Shown here: piece by piece, positions 34,818 to 46,244 of the stretch
Position numbering within the stretch: position 1 is the first letter of the stretch
Layout: each line of letters starts with the position of its first letter
Made by a program: the position numbers and the translations under genes
Assembly: GCF_000400465.1 (NCBI RefSeq)
Contig: NW_008806276.1
Location: 20,001-82,000 of the forward strand
Direction: 5' to 3'
Source: Wallemia ichthyophaga EXF-994
Taxonomy: Eukaryota > Fungi > Basidiomycota
DNA: 62,000 nucleotides
The notes under the pieces: model-generated
Told to the model about the DNA's origin: nothing
Databases searched by the model: none
What the model saw: the letters and a program-made list of their open reading frames with translations, nothing else

Positions 34818-37458
34818 TCAATTTCCGTTGGTGGATTGGTTAGCTTGTGTTTGCGTTGGGTGCGTTGGGGCTTGAGTTTGATTTTGTGCGTTGGCTGCCA
34901 CTTGAGCTTGAGCCTGTGCCTGAGCCTGAGCCTGCTGGTGTGCCAACAACTGCTGTCTCCAAAATGCAGCCAATTGAGGATTTGATGCCATCTGTTGAGC
35001 AGTTAAACCACCAGCGTTTGCTTGCTGTTGTTGTTGCAATTGATTTGGTTGTGGTTGTCTCACTTGCTGTTGTTGTTGTTGTTGTTGTTGTTGCTTCGCA
35101 AGCAGGGCTGCCAACATCTGTTGCTGACTCAATTGATTATTCGGTGCATTATTGTTGTTATTCTGACTTGCCATCAACTGCCTCATTTGATTGAGATGTT
35201 GTTGAGTTTTTGTCGACTGTAACAATGCATTCATTTGAGCTTGGGATGGTGGTTGGAGGGGATGTATTGGTTGCTGTGGTTGTTGATGTTGATGCTGTTG
35301 TTGTTGTTGCTGCTGGGCAAGCAACTGTTGAATTGCATTATACGTTGGGTTATTCGGAGGCAGCGAAGCGTTCCCATTCATTTGAGGAGTGGGGGGTTTA
35401 GGTGTAGATTGCGTGCTTTGCGTACTTTGCGCAGGTTGTTTAGACGCTCCCGTACCATTCATTGCTGAGTTGCTCTTCTGTAACGGCGTCGACTGCGCAT
35501 TCTGCTGAGAAGCTTTTCTTATCAAATGCTGAGCTACCTGTGGCTTTCCATTATTCTGTGCATTAGAAGCGTTCGAATTATTTCGCTGTAGCTGTTGCGC
35601 TTTGTTATTGGGATTAGGTCGAACGATTGTGTAATTTGGAAGTGGTGGTGGTGGTGCCAATGCTGCCTGCATCGCTGCATCAACGTGACTTGTAGGTGCC
35701 GTCAAATTATTGATATCATCTTCCGTGAGTAATGATGCACGATGTCGCATAAATCTGGGGTTTTTTATTATTATCACCTTTTCTTAGCACTCCTTACTTA
35801 CCTCTCATCGTAATCGTCTATCAACAGATTTTCACCTTTGTCACCAAATGTTGGTCCTAAGCCTTTGACATTCTTTGTATAAACCACATCCGCGTCATAC
35901 TTCTGCAACTCCCTCAACTTCCTCTCATCATCATCGAGGTTGCTGCTGTCATCATCGCCATAATCGATAAACGGATGGCGTCTGTCGAGTATTCTTCTAC
36001 CACCTCTTCCAATCCTCAACCTGAAAGTTCTTCTACCCATCTCACCATCGTCATCAATGTCATTAGGCAGTGCACGATAGAATTTAGAGCCAGGGAAATG
36101 GTTTGGTATAAGGGATGACTCTGTAAAGTCTTCCCACATTTGGTCTGCCTCTCGTTTAGCAAGTATATGTTTCTCGATGAGTGTAGCGATCGGTACAGAT
36201 GCTTTATCGTTATTAGTGTTGACAGAAGGCGAAGCGTTATTTCTCTTGTTGGGCAGCTTAGTCTCGACTTTAATTCTCTTTGGTTTGTGACCGGATAGCA
36301 ACTCATCATCAGCTTTTCCATCGTCAGGACCAACAACGCCAAGTTTCCTCTTGACGGTTCTAAAAGTATGTCGTAACTGTGATATACTTTTGTCCATATC
36401 AACAGCCTCAGCTTTCTTTTTCTCTCTATCGATAACCCTGACAACAAGCTGCTGAGCTGCGATGAGTTCTTTATGGAGCTTCTCCATTTTTTCAACCGAT
36501 TGTAGATCAGCCCTGCGTGTTTTGCGAACAGGCTTGACTTCTCTGCGTCTGAAACAAACATAAGGATCGCCATCATTGCTTTCGTCGTAGTTGAGCTGTG
36601 GGTGAATTGGTTTACCTTGCCGTCTGACTCGACGTGCACGCCAATGTTGATAGATAATCTGACCAAGCTTGACGAGGTTGTCAGGTGTAATTGTGAGCTT
36701 AAGAGGAGCAACGTTTGGGAAGTTGTCGAGGAGATCATGTTTCTTGAGATGTAATTGGAATTCTGAGAAGTCTGGGATTCTGGATAGGTCCTGCGTGGGT
36801 GTTAAAGAGGGATAAGGGTTTAAATTAGTGGAATAAAACGCACGGTATGGAGAGTAGGAGCAATGTCGTCAGTAACCTTCTCAAAAACACTCATAACCAA
36901 TTCAAAGAGATTGTCGTCGATGAGTATGTCATTGTTCTTCTTCTCATCCTTACTACTAGCGTCTGTGGAAGTACCCTCACCTTTGACCGCCTTATTATGC
37001 TCCTGGATGAACTTATAATCTCGTTCATCGATTGTATACACTAAACCACCCAATTGAGCTTCTTCGATTGTGTCGCTGTACTTGATATAGGACCAGGCGT
37101 CAGGGTACTGGTTCGGCTTGTATAGCTGATAGTAATTAGTGACTCTGCCTGTAGCATCCGGGGTTGGAATGATACCCAAAGAGTCATCTTGAGGGGTTGA
37201 AAGAGCATTTTCATCAACAGAATCAGCTTTATCATTATTGGAAGCAGATTGAGTAGTGTCATGTGAAGGCTTAGAACGAGCATTCCTCTTTTGAGACGCG
37301 TTTATCGCGTTTTGAAGGTGAGTCTCTTCAGCCTCAGCCGAGTCAACACCGGTGGTAGCCTTCGACTCATCATCAAAGGAATAAGATTCAGCGATAAATT
37401 GAGGTCTTTTAACGATTTGTAGCCTACTTCTGGCTGTAATTTTAAGTCTTCTGGACAT
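34818..37458 (-). CDS. EPL1: Enhancer of polycomb-like protein (NuA4 subunit) with Q-rich C-terminus; multi-exon
   Basis: TTGVDSAEAEETHLQNAINA, IIPTPDA, YIKYSDTIEE, VYTIDERDY, FELVMSVFEK, FRLRIGRGGRRILDRR, LLIDDY; poly-Q tail. Confidence 0.88.
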
Positions 37459-37752
37459 GGTGATAAGTGATGTGCTGTCAGTGTGGCCAATAATAGAAAT
37501 CCACAAAGACGACTCGTATAATCTAATTTAGATTTAATTTAAATTATTATTTCTTGTTTTTTTACGCTGCTTTGTGGCATCCACTGACGCCGGAATCGGT
37601 CAAATTTGTTGAGCGTGAATTGTTAATTTAAAATTCGTAAAAACTAAAGGAGGAATAAGAAGATTAAATTTATTTATTAGAGTTCTATTTTGTTGTTAGT
37701 GTGTTTAGATATATATATAAATACCCTTAAAACCCACACAATAGAATCATCA

Positions 37753-38785
37753 CTACCGCCTACTCCTATCCATCCTTTTAAGCGTCTCTTTGGCCTTCTT
37801 CCTCTGGCCATACTCCTGTCCACGCTCTGCTTGAAGTTCGTTATACTTACGCTTAGCGTACCTTTGTCCATCCTTATCCTCGAGTGCTTCATTGATGAAT
37901 CCTTTAGCGTTCCTCCTCGCTTTAGCATCTTCTGCGCCATCTGCGAGTGAATCTCCTGCGTTCCTACCCGGCAATATTCTCCCGATGGCAAAATGTTTCG
38001 GTAATTTCTGCTTACCGCCTTTGTAGAAGCGTTTAGGGTCGAGAGAGTTGCGTAATTGGAGTGCCTCTGCTTCACGTCTCCACTGTGGAAGGAGTGCTGA
38101 AGGTGGAGCAGGTAAATCGAACCAATCTTTCCCGGCGGTGGATTCTTTCGACTGTTTTTTCTATGTTTAGAAGGAAACTAATGGCAATATAACATCAACT
38201 AACCTCTTTCAACTGCCTCCTCGATGGCTTTGTACCTGCATCATGTGCTGGTCTACTAGACATAGCCGCAGAAGCCCCGTTCAAAGCATTTTCTGTTTGT
38301 TTTTCAATGGCAGATATCTGATTGTGGTTGTGTGAGTTGTAATATACCTCATAACCCTCCAACACACCTCCAATTCACGCTTCTTGGGCACTGTCTGCTT
38401 AAAATTATCAGATTTTCTTTGAGATGGCTTGAGCGGGGGGAGTGTGTTTAGATTGTAGCTGCTGGTGAGCGTTGGAATAGGTCTGGCAGGGAATGTGAGT
38501 CTGAGCGAGATCTCTGCTTGGTAGATGAGCTCACTGCTTTGACTCCTGAGCCGCGTCATCCAGCTTGACCAAATCATCGTTGAGATTGAGATGATCGTTA
38601 TTTGTGTTGGACAGGTTTGTGCGGGCGCTGTTGAGAAGATGGGAGAGATGGGAGTTGTTATCGTCGTTGTTATCGTCGTCGCTGCTGTTGCTGACATCGC
38701 TGCTGCCGTCGCTGCCATCGCTGCTGCTACCACTGCTCACGCCGCTCTCATCTCTCCTCAGAATCGCTTCTGACATGGTAGACAT
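37753..38785 (-). CDS. FCF2: rRNA-processing protein Fcf2; multi-exon
   Basis: Last exon STAGKDWFDLP...LQLRNSLDPKRFYK...LPKHFAIGRI...FINEALED....YAKRKYNELQ matches the Fcf2 domain; acidic S/D-rich N-terminal exon; upstream exon joins placed by eye. Confidence 0.8.
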
Positions 38786-38803
38786 TCACCAACCAACATC
38801 CTA

Positions 38804-40497
38804 ATGATAAATTGGATTAAAAATGTTAAAAATGAAAAATCTAAAGATATCCCAAGTCCCTCACCGGCTCCATTTCTGATTCCCAAGTATCCTTCCACTC
38901 GGCTTCTAATTCTCCCCTTATCGCTCATCCCACTCGTCGCGTACAGCTACAACGTCTTGATGCCAGCCGTGGTTATGGCTATCGTGGCTTTCTGCAGCTC
39001 TATCACTCTCATCCCCTTATCCTCTCACTGTCTCGCTAGAGTGGGCTTGAGAGGCAGGGATCTCCTTAAACCTTACAAGCAGCTGGTGTGGGTTTGGAAA
39101 TAGCTGCTTATTCCCCCTCTCACCCCCAAAAAGCCCCGAATCTCTCGGCATTGTTCCGGCGTGCGTTTTGATCGTGTTGCTCTTCCTATTCACCCCAGTT
39201 TTCTTCGCGAATCACCTCAAAACACACGCTAGCAATCTACAGCCACAATTTCCTCATCATAAAGTGGGTATTTATTACTCACTCACTCAAGCTCACCTTG
39301 ATAGCTCTCCACTTACCTTTCTGCGTTACTCTCCCTCCAAACTGCAACTCTCCTCGGCTTCTTAGACGACCTATTCGATATTCGCTGGAGGTATAAACTG
39401 CCGATCCCCCTGATTGCCAGTATACCCATGTTAGTTGTGTATTTTGCAGAAGGGTGAGTATTTTTTTTTCACGCTAATGTCTCACCTCATACAAAGACAC
39501 TAAACTTCCATAGCGGCATAACAGACGTCGTTATCCCTTTGCCCTTACGCCAGCTACTGGGCCGGGTGGTGCATCTGGGTAGGTGCGAGCAGCAATGATG
39601 TCATGCGCTGACCACCCCGATAACAGGCCCCCTCTACTACATATACATGGCGATGCTATCTACGTTCTGCACCAACAGCATCAATATTCTTGCCGGCATA
39701 AATGGGATAGAGGTGGCGCAAGCGGTTGTGATAGCGGGGAGTGTCGCCATTAATGATCTCTTACACCTGCCCTTATCGCATGGTTTCGTCAGCCATCTCC
39801 CGCAATTCGCTGCTCATTGGTCATCGACCGCTCTCGTAGGCCCCACTACACAGGAGCAAGCTGAGCGCCACCTCTTCTCCCTCTGCTTCATGCTTCCCCT
39901 TATAGGCGCGTCGCTGGGGCTGCTTTATCATAACTGGTGGGTTGATCACGACATTAATAACTAATTACTTAACTCACCAACTCACCATTTTACAATCTCA
40001 TCCTACTCAGGTACCCCGCACGCGTATTCCCCGGTGATACCTACTGTTATTTCGCCGGCATGGCATTTGCGATAGTGGCGGTCTTAGGGCATTTCTCCAA
40101 AACGTTGCTACTTTTCTTCCTACCGCAAGTGATCAATTTCGGTTTGTCGACCCCGCAGCTATTCGGACTGATGGCATGTCCGCGGCACCGTGTGCCGCGG
40201 TATGTGCATGGCACGGGAGTACTTGAACCGAGTCGGGCGTATTTCGACAAGCCGCCCGCCTTCTATGTGAGCGTGCCGCTGCGTGTGCTGAGCGCCGTAG
40301 GCGTTGTGCAGCTGGAGGTAGGCGGCAACGGACGCATTACTTGCTCTACTAACCTCACCCTCCTCAACGCCTTCCTCTGTCTCTTTGGCAAAATGTCGGA
40401 GCGTCAACTCGCTTCTGTCACCGTCGTCTTCCAAGTTGCTTGTTCTGTCCTCGCTTTTGCTGTTAGATATGGCTTGGCGGGGTTGGTGTATGATTAG
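38804..40497 (+). CDS. ALG7: UDP-GlcNAc:dolichyl-phosphate GlcNAc-1-phosphotransferase (DPAGT1); multi-exon
   Basis: GLRGRDLLKP, PESLGI, LGFLDDLFDIRWRYKLPIP, FCTNSINILAGINGIEV, WYPARVFPGDTYCYFAGMAFAIVAVLGHFSKTLLLFF.PQ..NF..S.PQLF....CPRHR. Start could be 38804 or a later Met. Confidence 0.93.
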
Positions 40498-40667
40498 ATG
40501 TAAGTGTAAGTGTAGATATAGATATAGATGGTTTGCGTGTGCATCGAGTGTGTCGCGTGTATTGCATGCCAAGAAATTTATAATATTCACGTCCGCTCCC
40601 GCTGTGGCTGCTTATCTTGTACCAGCACAGCGAACAAAGCACACACTACAACTTAAATATAAAGACA

Positions 40668-41742
40668 ATGGTAAAAATCGGCAGACTAGATTTAAGCAGA
40701 CCGCCGTCGATTCTGCCTAAATTTCTACAGCATCCGTATGCGCGTCGCTTCGAGGGGAACGAGAGTGAGTAGGGGATGTGCGAGCGAGGAGAAGAAACGC
40801 ACCGCTAACACAGCCACAGAGTACGTGACGAGTCGGTGGAAATTTGGAGTGAGTTATGCGATGGACTGGGTGATCTGCGCAGCGTTGCTAGGGTTGCTGT
40901 ACATCATCAACAATGTCCACGGGTACTGGCGGGAATTCGACCTGAACGATGCGAGTATACGCCACTCGCACACGGAGGATGAGCGCGTACCCCTGTGGTT
41001 GCTGGGTATACTCATAGGACTGGTACCGATCGTGGCCAAGATTCTGCTCAGCACGCAATGGTATCGCTCTTACACGGATCTGCACCACGCGCTGCTTGGC
41101 TTTCTCCTCACAGCTGGTCTCACTCTCTCCACTACCACTGCCGTTAAGGTGCTCGTGGGCAGACCGCGCCCAGACCTCATTGCCCGCTGTCAGCCGCGTT
41201 CTGGCGCGTCTAATGCAGACGTCGGTCTTGCTACTGCGGATGTCTGCACACAAACCGACTTTGAACTGCTCCAGGATGGATTCAGGTCGTTTCCCAGCGG
41301 TCATTCCTCCACCTCGTTCGCTCTGCTGGGCTACCTCAGCTTCTACCTCGCGGGCAAAATGCAGGTTTTCGACACCAAGGGACACACAGTCAAGTCGTGG
41401 ATCTGCTGGGCTCCCTGGATCGGCGCCGTCCTTATCGCAGTGTCGCGCACTATGGACTACAGACATCACGCTACGGATATCATTGCAGGCGGCGTTATCG
41501 GCACTTTCTTCGCTTACGTGTGTTATAGACAATACTACCCACATTTGGGTAACGCAATGTGCCACAAACCGCACAACACGAGGTATGTCGAGAGGAAGGA
41601 TGCTTATAGACTGCCGAGGTATCAGGGGGACGGGGTGGACAGTGTGAGTGAGGAAGGAATGCAAATGGGGACGCTCAATGGAGGTGGACTAGTTGGACAG
41701 GAGAACAGGAGAACAGGGACAACAGGAACAAGGAACGTATAA
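40668..41742 (+). CDS. DPP1: PAP2-family diacylglycerol pyrophosphate / lipid phosphate phosphatase; 2 exons
   Basis: Motifs KVLVGRPRP, SFPSGHSS, SRTMDYRHHATD; a 49-nt intron (GTGAGT...GCTAAC..CAG, ~40765-40813) gives a start at ATG 40668 rather than 40738. Confidence 0.88.
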
Positions 41743-41758
41743 GATAGTCGATGCATCG

Positions 41759-42249
41759 TTATATTCTAATATACTGCTCTCTATTCGTAGCAAAGTAGCG
41801 GCTAATATCCTGCTCTAATGATAGTATATACGTCCTTAGATCGTTGAGTTCGGAGGAGAGTGATTGCTGTGGGAGAGTGAGCTGAGTAAAACCGAATAAA
41901 AACACCTACGATACTGGAATTAGTACGCGTATCCTTAACCGACAATTCCTCTGTCAGAGTTGATTTGAGAGTGTCAAAGTCGCCTTCTAATGCGTCGATC
42001 CTGCTGAATTTGTCGTTCAACTGGAGCGACTCATTCCTGACACTAGCAATATCCCATTTAATGCTCTCATTCGATTTCCTATAATCTTCCAACAGGTACA
42101 TGTATCCACCCATAGACGCAGCTACGAATCCAACGCAGAATCCAAGAACGCTGTGGGAGTGAGTGAGTGCGAGAATACACGCTGATCCACACCAACCCTC
42201 CTCTGAATCCTCCTATTGGTTTCGTGGGCCGTAATTGCGCTGAATTCAT
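41759..42249 (-). CDS. Small single-TM coiled-coil protein, possibly mitochondrial; multi-exon
   Basis: MNSAQLRPTKPIGGFRGG|VLGFCVGFVAASMGGYMYLLEDYRKSNESI..: Gly-rich TM then heptad region. Start and final exon are uncertain (alternative stop 41802). Confidence 0.55.
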
Positions 42250-42273
42250 CGTAGTTTCTTCCAAACGACGCTG

Positions 42274-43060
42274 ATGGGTGGGCGAGAAGACAGCCAGTAA
42301 ACACAATCTAACAAATCAACAAATTAAAGGACTCCTATCGATTATTCGTAAACAGCGCTACAAATCACGTGAAATGCGTTTCCTATTCTTGTGCGTCGCT
42401 GTGTTATCCGTTATCTGCTATCTAAGCACACAATAGAGGCTTAGACAACGCAGGGAAGACGACAATAATGAAACGCGTCAATGGCGAGGATATAACGTCT
42501 ATTTCACCCACTTTAGGCTTCAATATCAAGACATTTATACATCGTGGCTATACGTTGAATGTTTGTGGGTTGCTGGTGTGTATTCGGTGTACCTTACTCA
42601 TGGTACTCCTCTTCCAGGGGACGTCGGCGGTCAACGCACATTGCGCCCTTATTGGCGTAACTACTTTGAACAGAATGACGCGGTGGTTTGGGTGGTTGAT
42701 TCATCGGATACGCTTAGAATGGATGATTGTCGGAATGAGCTGTTCGATCTACTCAGCGAGGATAGATTGGCTGGTACTACCATACTGATATTCGCAAACA
42801 AGGTTGATATCCACGGTGCAATGAGTGTGGATGATATACGCAGCGCTCTCCAATTGGACAGCATAAAGAGCCACACCTGGAGAATACAGCCCTGCAGCGC
42901 TGTGACGGGTGAGAACTTGTTACAAGGACTCGACTGGGCTGTCGGTGATTGCTCTAAACGCCTTTACTACTCTTCACAGCCAGATTTCACAGAATCGAGC
43001 GGAGATTTAACAAAAAACACTCAAGACACTCAAGAAACACCACCAAAGCTGTTTGGATGA
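42274..43060 (+). CDS. ARL2: ADP-ribosylation factor-like GTPase Arl2 (Cin4/Alp41); 4 exons incl. a 4-nt coding first exon
   Basis: ATGG (42274-42277) + intron to 42329 gives [22 protein letters not shown]|GLDNAGKTT; [12 protein letters not shown]|[34 protein letters not shown]. Confidence 0.93.
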
Positions 43061-43084
43061 TTATCGAATGCATGTTTATCGTTT

Positions 43085-43488
43085 CTACCTCTTTGGCGCA
43101 GCCTCTTCTCCATATCTCAACAAACCATGCACACGCTTGCCATGCTGCACCCTCGGTCCCCAAGCCCTGAATTCCTTCTTGGGTTTTGGTTCGTGCGCGA
43201 ATGAATCCGGGTACTCGCCCTGTCTAAACTTCTCCAGGCACCACAACAAATACTTCCTATCCCTGGTAGACAAGCCCATTCTCTCAAAGTCGATGCTCCT
43301 GCGGGTAAACAGCTGCTCCCAGTTCTCTACCTTGCACTTGTCCTGTAGATTTCTACCAAATGAGCTGAGCAAGGTGTGTGTATCGGTGAATTTTCCTGGA
43401 TGGCGTGTAAGTGGGTGCAAAACCAAGCAAATCACCCACCTCTACCCGATGCTATCTGTCTACTGGCGTTTCTGATCAACGTCGTCAT
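43085..43488 (-). CDS. FYV4: Mitochondrial small-subunit ribosomal protein mS41 (IGR domain); 2 exons
   Basis: MTTLIRNASRQIASGRG|KFTDTHTLLSSFGRNL...WEQLF.....MGLSTRDRKYLLWCLEKFRQG matches the IGR motif family. Confidence 0.82.
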
Positions 43489-43526
43489 CGTCGTCGTCGA
43501 GGTACAAGCCTTATATCCACACCACC

Positions 43527-44872
43527 ATGTCCCAACAAAACCAAGCTGTTATTCTAATCTCTTTCCCTGGCTCAACTGCCTACCAAGTCTATCAAGACCA
43601 GCGTGTCCCTCTCAGCGCCGGTGTCCTTGACCTAAGCCTTGTCAGTCTCAATTCCACCATCAACTACGACAACCCCACCGAGATATTCGACAGTCAAATG
43701 TCAGGCGGAACTGACTACTGGCTGGTGTTATCCATCAGGGGTGACGAGAAAGCGCACGCGTTCGAGCTAGCACTGCCATCAGGTATCCCTATAGACAGAA
43801 TAGGCGATTGTGGCTACAGCATCCCTTCGCCCACACTCCCTGATGCCTATATCGATATTGAACTCCCCGAGAAGCATTCAGACGAGGACAAGGAGAGCCT
43901 CGAGGTTATCCTCGGCTCCTACGCCAGTCTCCCCGTCCCACAAGCTCAGAGTGATTTGCGCGGCAAACTCTGTCTCGTCGATACCCAAGACGGCCAAATA
44001 TTAGGTTCGCTCGATGAGGCTCAGTCGGGCGCTCCCGTTGAAGACCCTTCACTGAGCGAGACGGGTAACGAAAAACACCCAGTCGTAGTCGATTTCCCTG
44101 ACCAGCCTGACGAATCCATCCGCGTATCTGCCGCTAAAGACCCCTCGCTGATGATTCGCAGCAGCAACTACGTCAGTCAGACCATTATCGGAGGTGGGTG
44201 GAGTCGAGCTGGTGTAGCAACGATGTACTAACACACTAACGCACACAGGCGGCAACCTCCTCGGAAAAGGGCTCGCAGCCGGCTCGCAAACCTTTGTTGC
44301 CAAGACCAAGACGGGCGAGAAACCGCTCGTGTTTTCGGAGAACTCGCGCAAGAACGCGGCGCGCGTGCACAAACTCACCGGTCAAGTAGCTAGTGTGTCG
44401 GCCAAGACGAGCGGTGTAATTGCCGACTCTGCGCGCGGTGTTGGCGCGTACGTCTCTGGTAAGGGCAAGAAAGACGACAAGGAGGATAAGAAGCCGGGTG
44501 AGTTTGTGTGGAGTGTGTTGCTCAACAACCAGCTAAAGTTACCCTTTAGGCTTCTTTAACAAGGCCTTCACGGCCGTAGATAACGTCTTCACGTCGGTAG
44601 AAGAGGCCAGCAAGACTTTCGTTAGCGATGCTTCCATGGCAGGGAGTGTTATGGCTGCTCATAAATACGGCCCAGACGCTGGCAAGGCCGTTAGAGGCGT
44701 CGGTGACTCGGTCCATAACGCCGCTATTGTCTACATTGACGTCAAGGGCGTGTCGAGAAAGGCACTCATCAAATCTGCTGGCAAAGGCGCCGTCTTTGGT
44801 GGTAAACAGAGCGCCGCACCTGCTAATACCGCCGATCCTTCGCCTTCGCCTTCTTTACCATCCAAGAATTAG
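43527..44872 (+). CDS. Senescence/spartin-domain protein; multi-exon
   Basis: GKLCLVDTQDGQILGSLDE, KHPVVVDFP, SNYVSQTIIGGG|NLLGKG..AGSQTFV..., RVHKLTGQVASVSAKT, VENVF..VEEASK, HKYGPDAG..V..VG.SVHNAAIVYIDVKGVSRKALIKSAGK. Confidence 0.78.
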
Positions 44873-45068
44873 ATATCTTTACGAGTTTTGTATCATGACC
44901 AATATTACCTAGATGCCATGCGGTATAGCACAATTCCTAAGAAAATCAGGCTGTTTGAATAATGATACACACGTTCAAGACTGGAAGAGCTGATAATGTA
45001 CAAAGCATAATACATGATTGTGATACCGTATGTTATTTGCGTCTAGGTGTATGTGAAGGCTATGAGGG

Positions 45069-45374
45069 CTACTTGTCTACCGGAGAAGAGTATACTAGTT
45101 GTACGTGTTGTCCTGTTTCCATGTCTGTGCTTTCTATCCGTCTATCCTCTCTGGTGAGCACAAGTCCCCAGCAGCTACACATGTTAGCTGTGTATCGAGA
45201 ATAAGAATGCTACAACTTACATATATCCAATGAGCGTAGAGATGAAGCAAAACTGCTTTCGTCAGCGAATAAGATCACAACAAAGCACTCCTCACAAGAA
45301 CAGCTAAATCGAGAAGAACGTTGAGCAGGGTTGATGTAGAATTGTTCAAGGCTGGTGGTAGGAAGAATGCTGAG
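45069..45374 (-). CDS. 3' exons of an unannotated small membrane-protein gene, copy A (possibly pseudogenised upstream)
   Basis: Exons 45374-45296, 45255-45221, 45174-45069 with introns GTGAGG...GCTGAC..AG (40 nt) and GTAAGT...GCTAAC...TAG (46 nt) give SAFFLPPALNNSTSTLLNVLLDLAVL-QFCFISTLIGYI-CWGLVLTREDRRIES...YSSPVDK*. The same structure is kept in copy B. Confidence 0.62.
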
Positions 45375-46189
45375 CTGTTTATTAGACGCCATTGAGCAGT
45401 TGAATCACCGCACCAATCAAGCCACCGAGTTGATCAACAGCAGCAGCAGCAGCAGGATCAGCATCAGCATTAACAACATTTGCAATCTCAATCATTTACA
45501 ACGTTGGCTGCTCCACTTGAAGACATCCCTTTACAAACTCAACCGACATCTCGCAGTCACATCCGGTGCTTCAGGCACCTTATCGACTGATTCTTGTGAC
45601 AGATTAAATTAGCCTGAGCTTGAGCTTGAGTTTCAAGTTGAATTAATTACGATAGAATTTACAGTAAAAGTTGAAAGTAACTTCTGTGCTCCCTCATTCA
45701 TTCAAATCCTACCCTCATAGCACCCTTTCCACTCGCTTACCATTTTTACGCCTCGTGATCTTGAGGCGCGAGACATTCAGCGGATTGATGCAGCGGCTTG
45801 AAACAACGGAGATAGCGATTTATGGAAAATTATGCTTATGGTCAGGAGGCGTATCAGCTAGAGTACTTCAAGACGCTTCATTCGAGTAGCTAGAGATGGA
45901 AGACAGGATTGAATGCTCATAGTGTAACTGAATCAGTGTTACATTCGGCATCCTGATCACCTATTATAAATCGTCCTTCCTGCCCTCTCCATGACTTAAT
46001 TTCACTGCTACCATCGCCCAGATGCAATCGATTATGTTGATTCTACAGCAATTAGACGCACCACGAGAAGGCCATTTTGATCTGCTTTCACTCCACTCTA
46101 CTCAAAGGATGTACCCATTTCGACACTGACAAGCTCGCGTCGATATACTGCGCCTCCTTTGACGCGAAGTATCATTCCTTGGTCGAGTG

Positions 46190-46197
46190 TATAAATA
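46190..46197 (+). promoter_or_regulatory. TATA box of repeat-peptide precursor gene (copy A)
   Basis: TATAAATA ~48 bp upstream of ATG 46245, followed by a pyrimidine-rich leader. Confidence 0.55.
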
Positions 46198-46244
46198 AGG
46201 CTGTTCTTTTTCACTATCTCTCATCCCGCTTCTGCCACTTAAGT

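Noticed and set aside
34900-35320. (TTG)n and (TGC)n microsatellites in EPL1, and similar tracts in SEC16
   Set aside because: Ordinary poly-Q/poly-P coding tracts.
2158-44378. Numerous antisense or alternate-frame ORFs (e.g. 2158-2541, 2730-3266, 7198-7590, 16190-16648, 21854-22357, 33398-33982, 40888-41664)
   Set aside because: They overlap well-supported conserved genes, have no motifs, and are expected shadows of GC-rich or low-complexity coding DNA.
45355-45612. Plus-strand Ser-rich ORF, and the idea of a hydrophobin here
   Set aside because: The CAG repeat is absent from copy B, there is no eight-Cys pattern, and conservation favours the minus-strand spliced gene.
46077-46244. N-terminal 56-aa extension of the repeat precursor shown in the ORF track (also 58661-58828)
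   Set aside because: Starts at TTG, contains the TATA box and would bury the signal peptide; ATG 46245/58829 is preferred.
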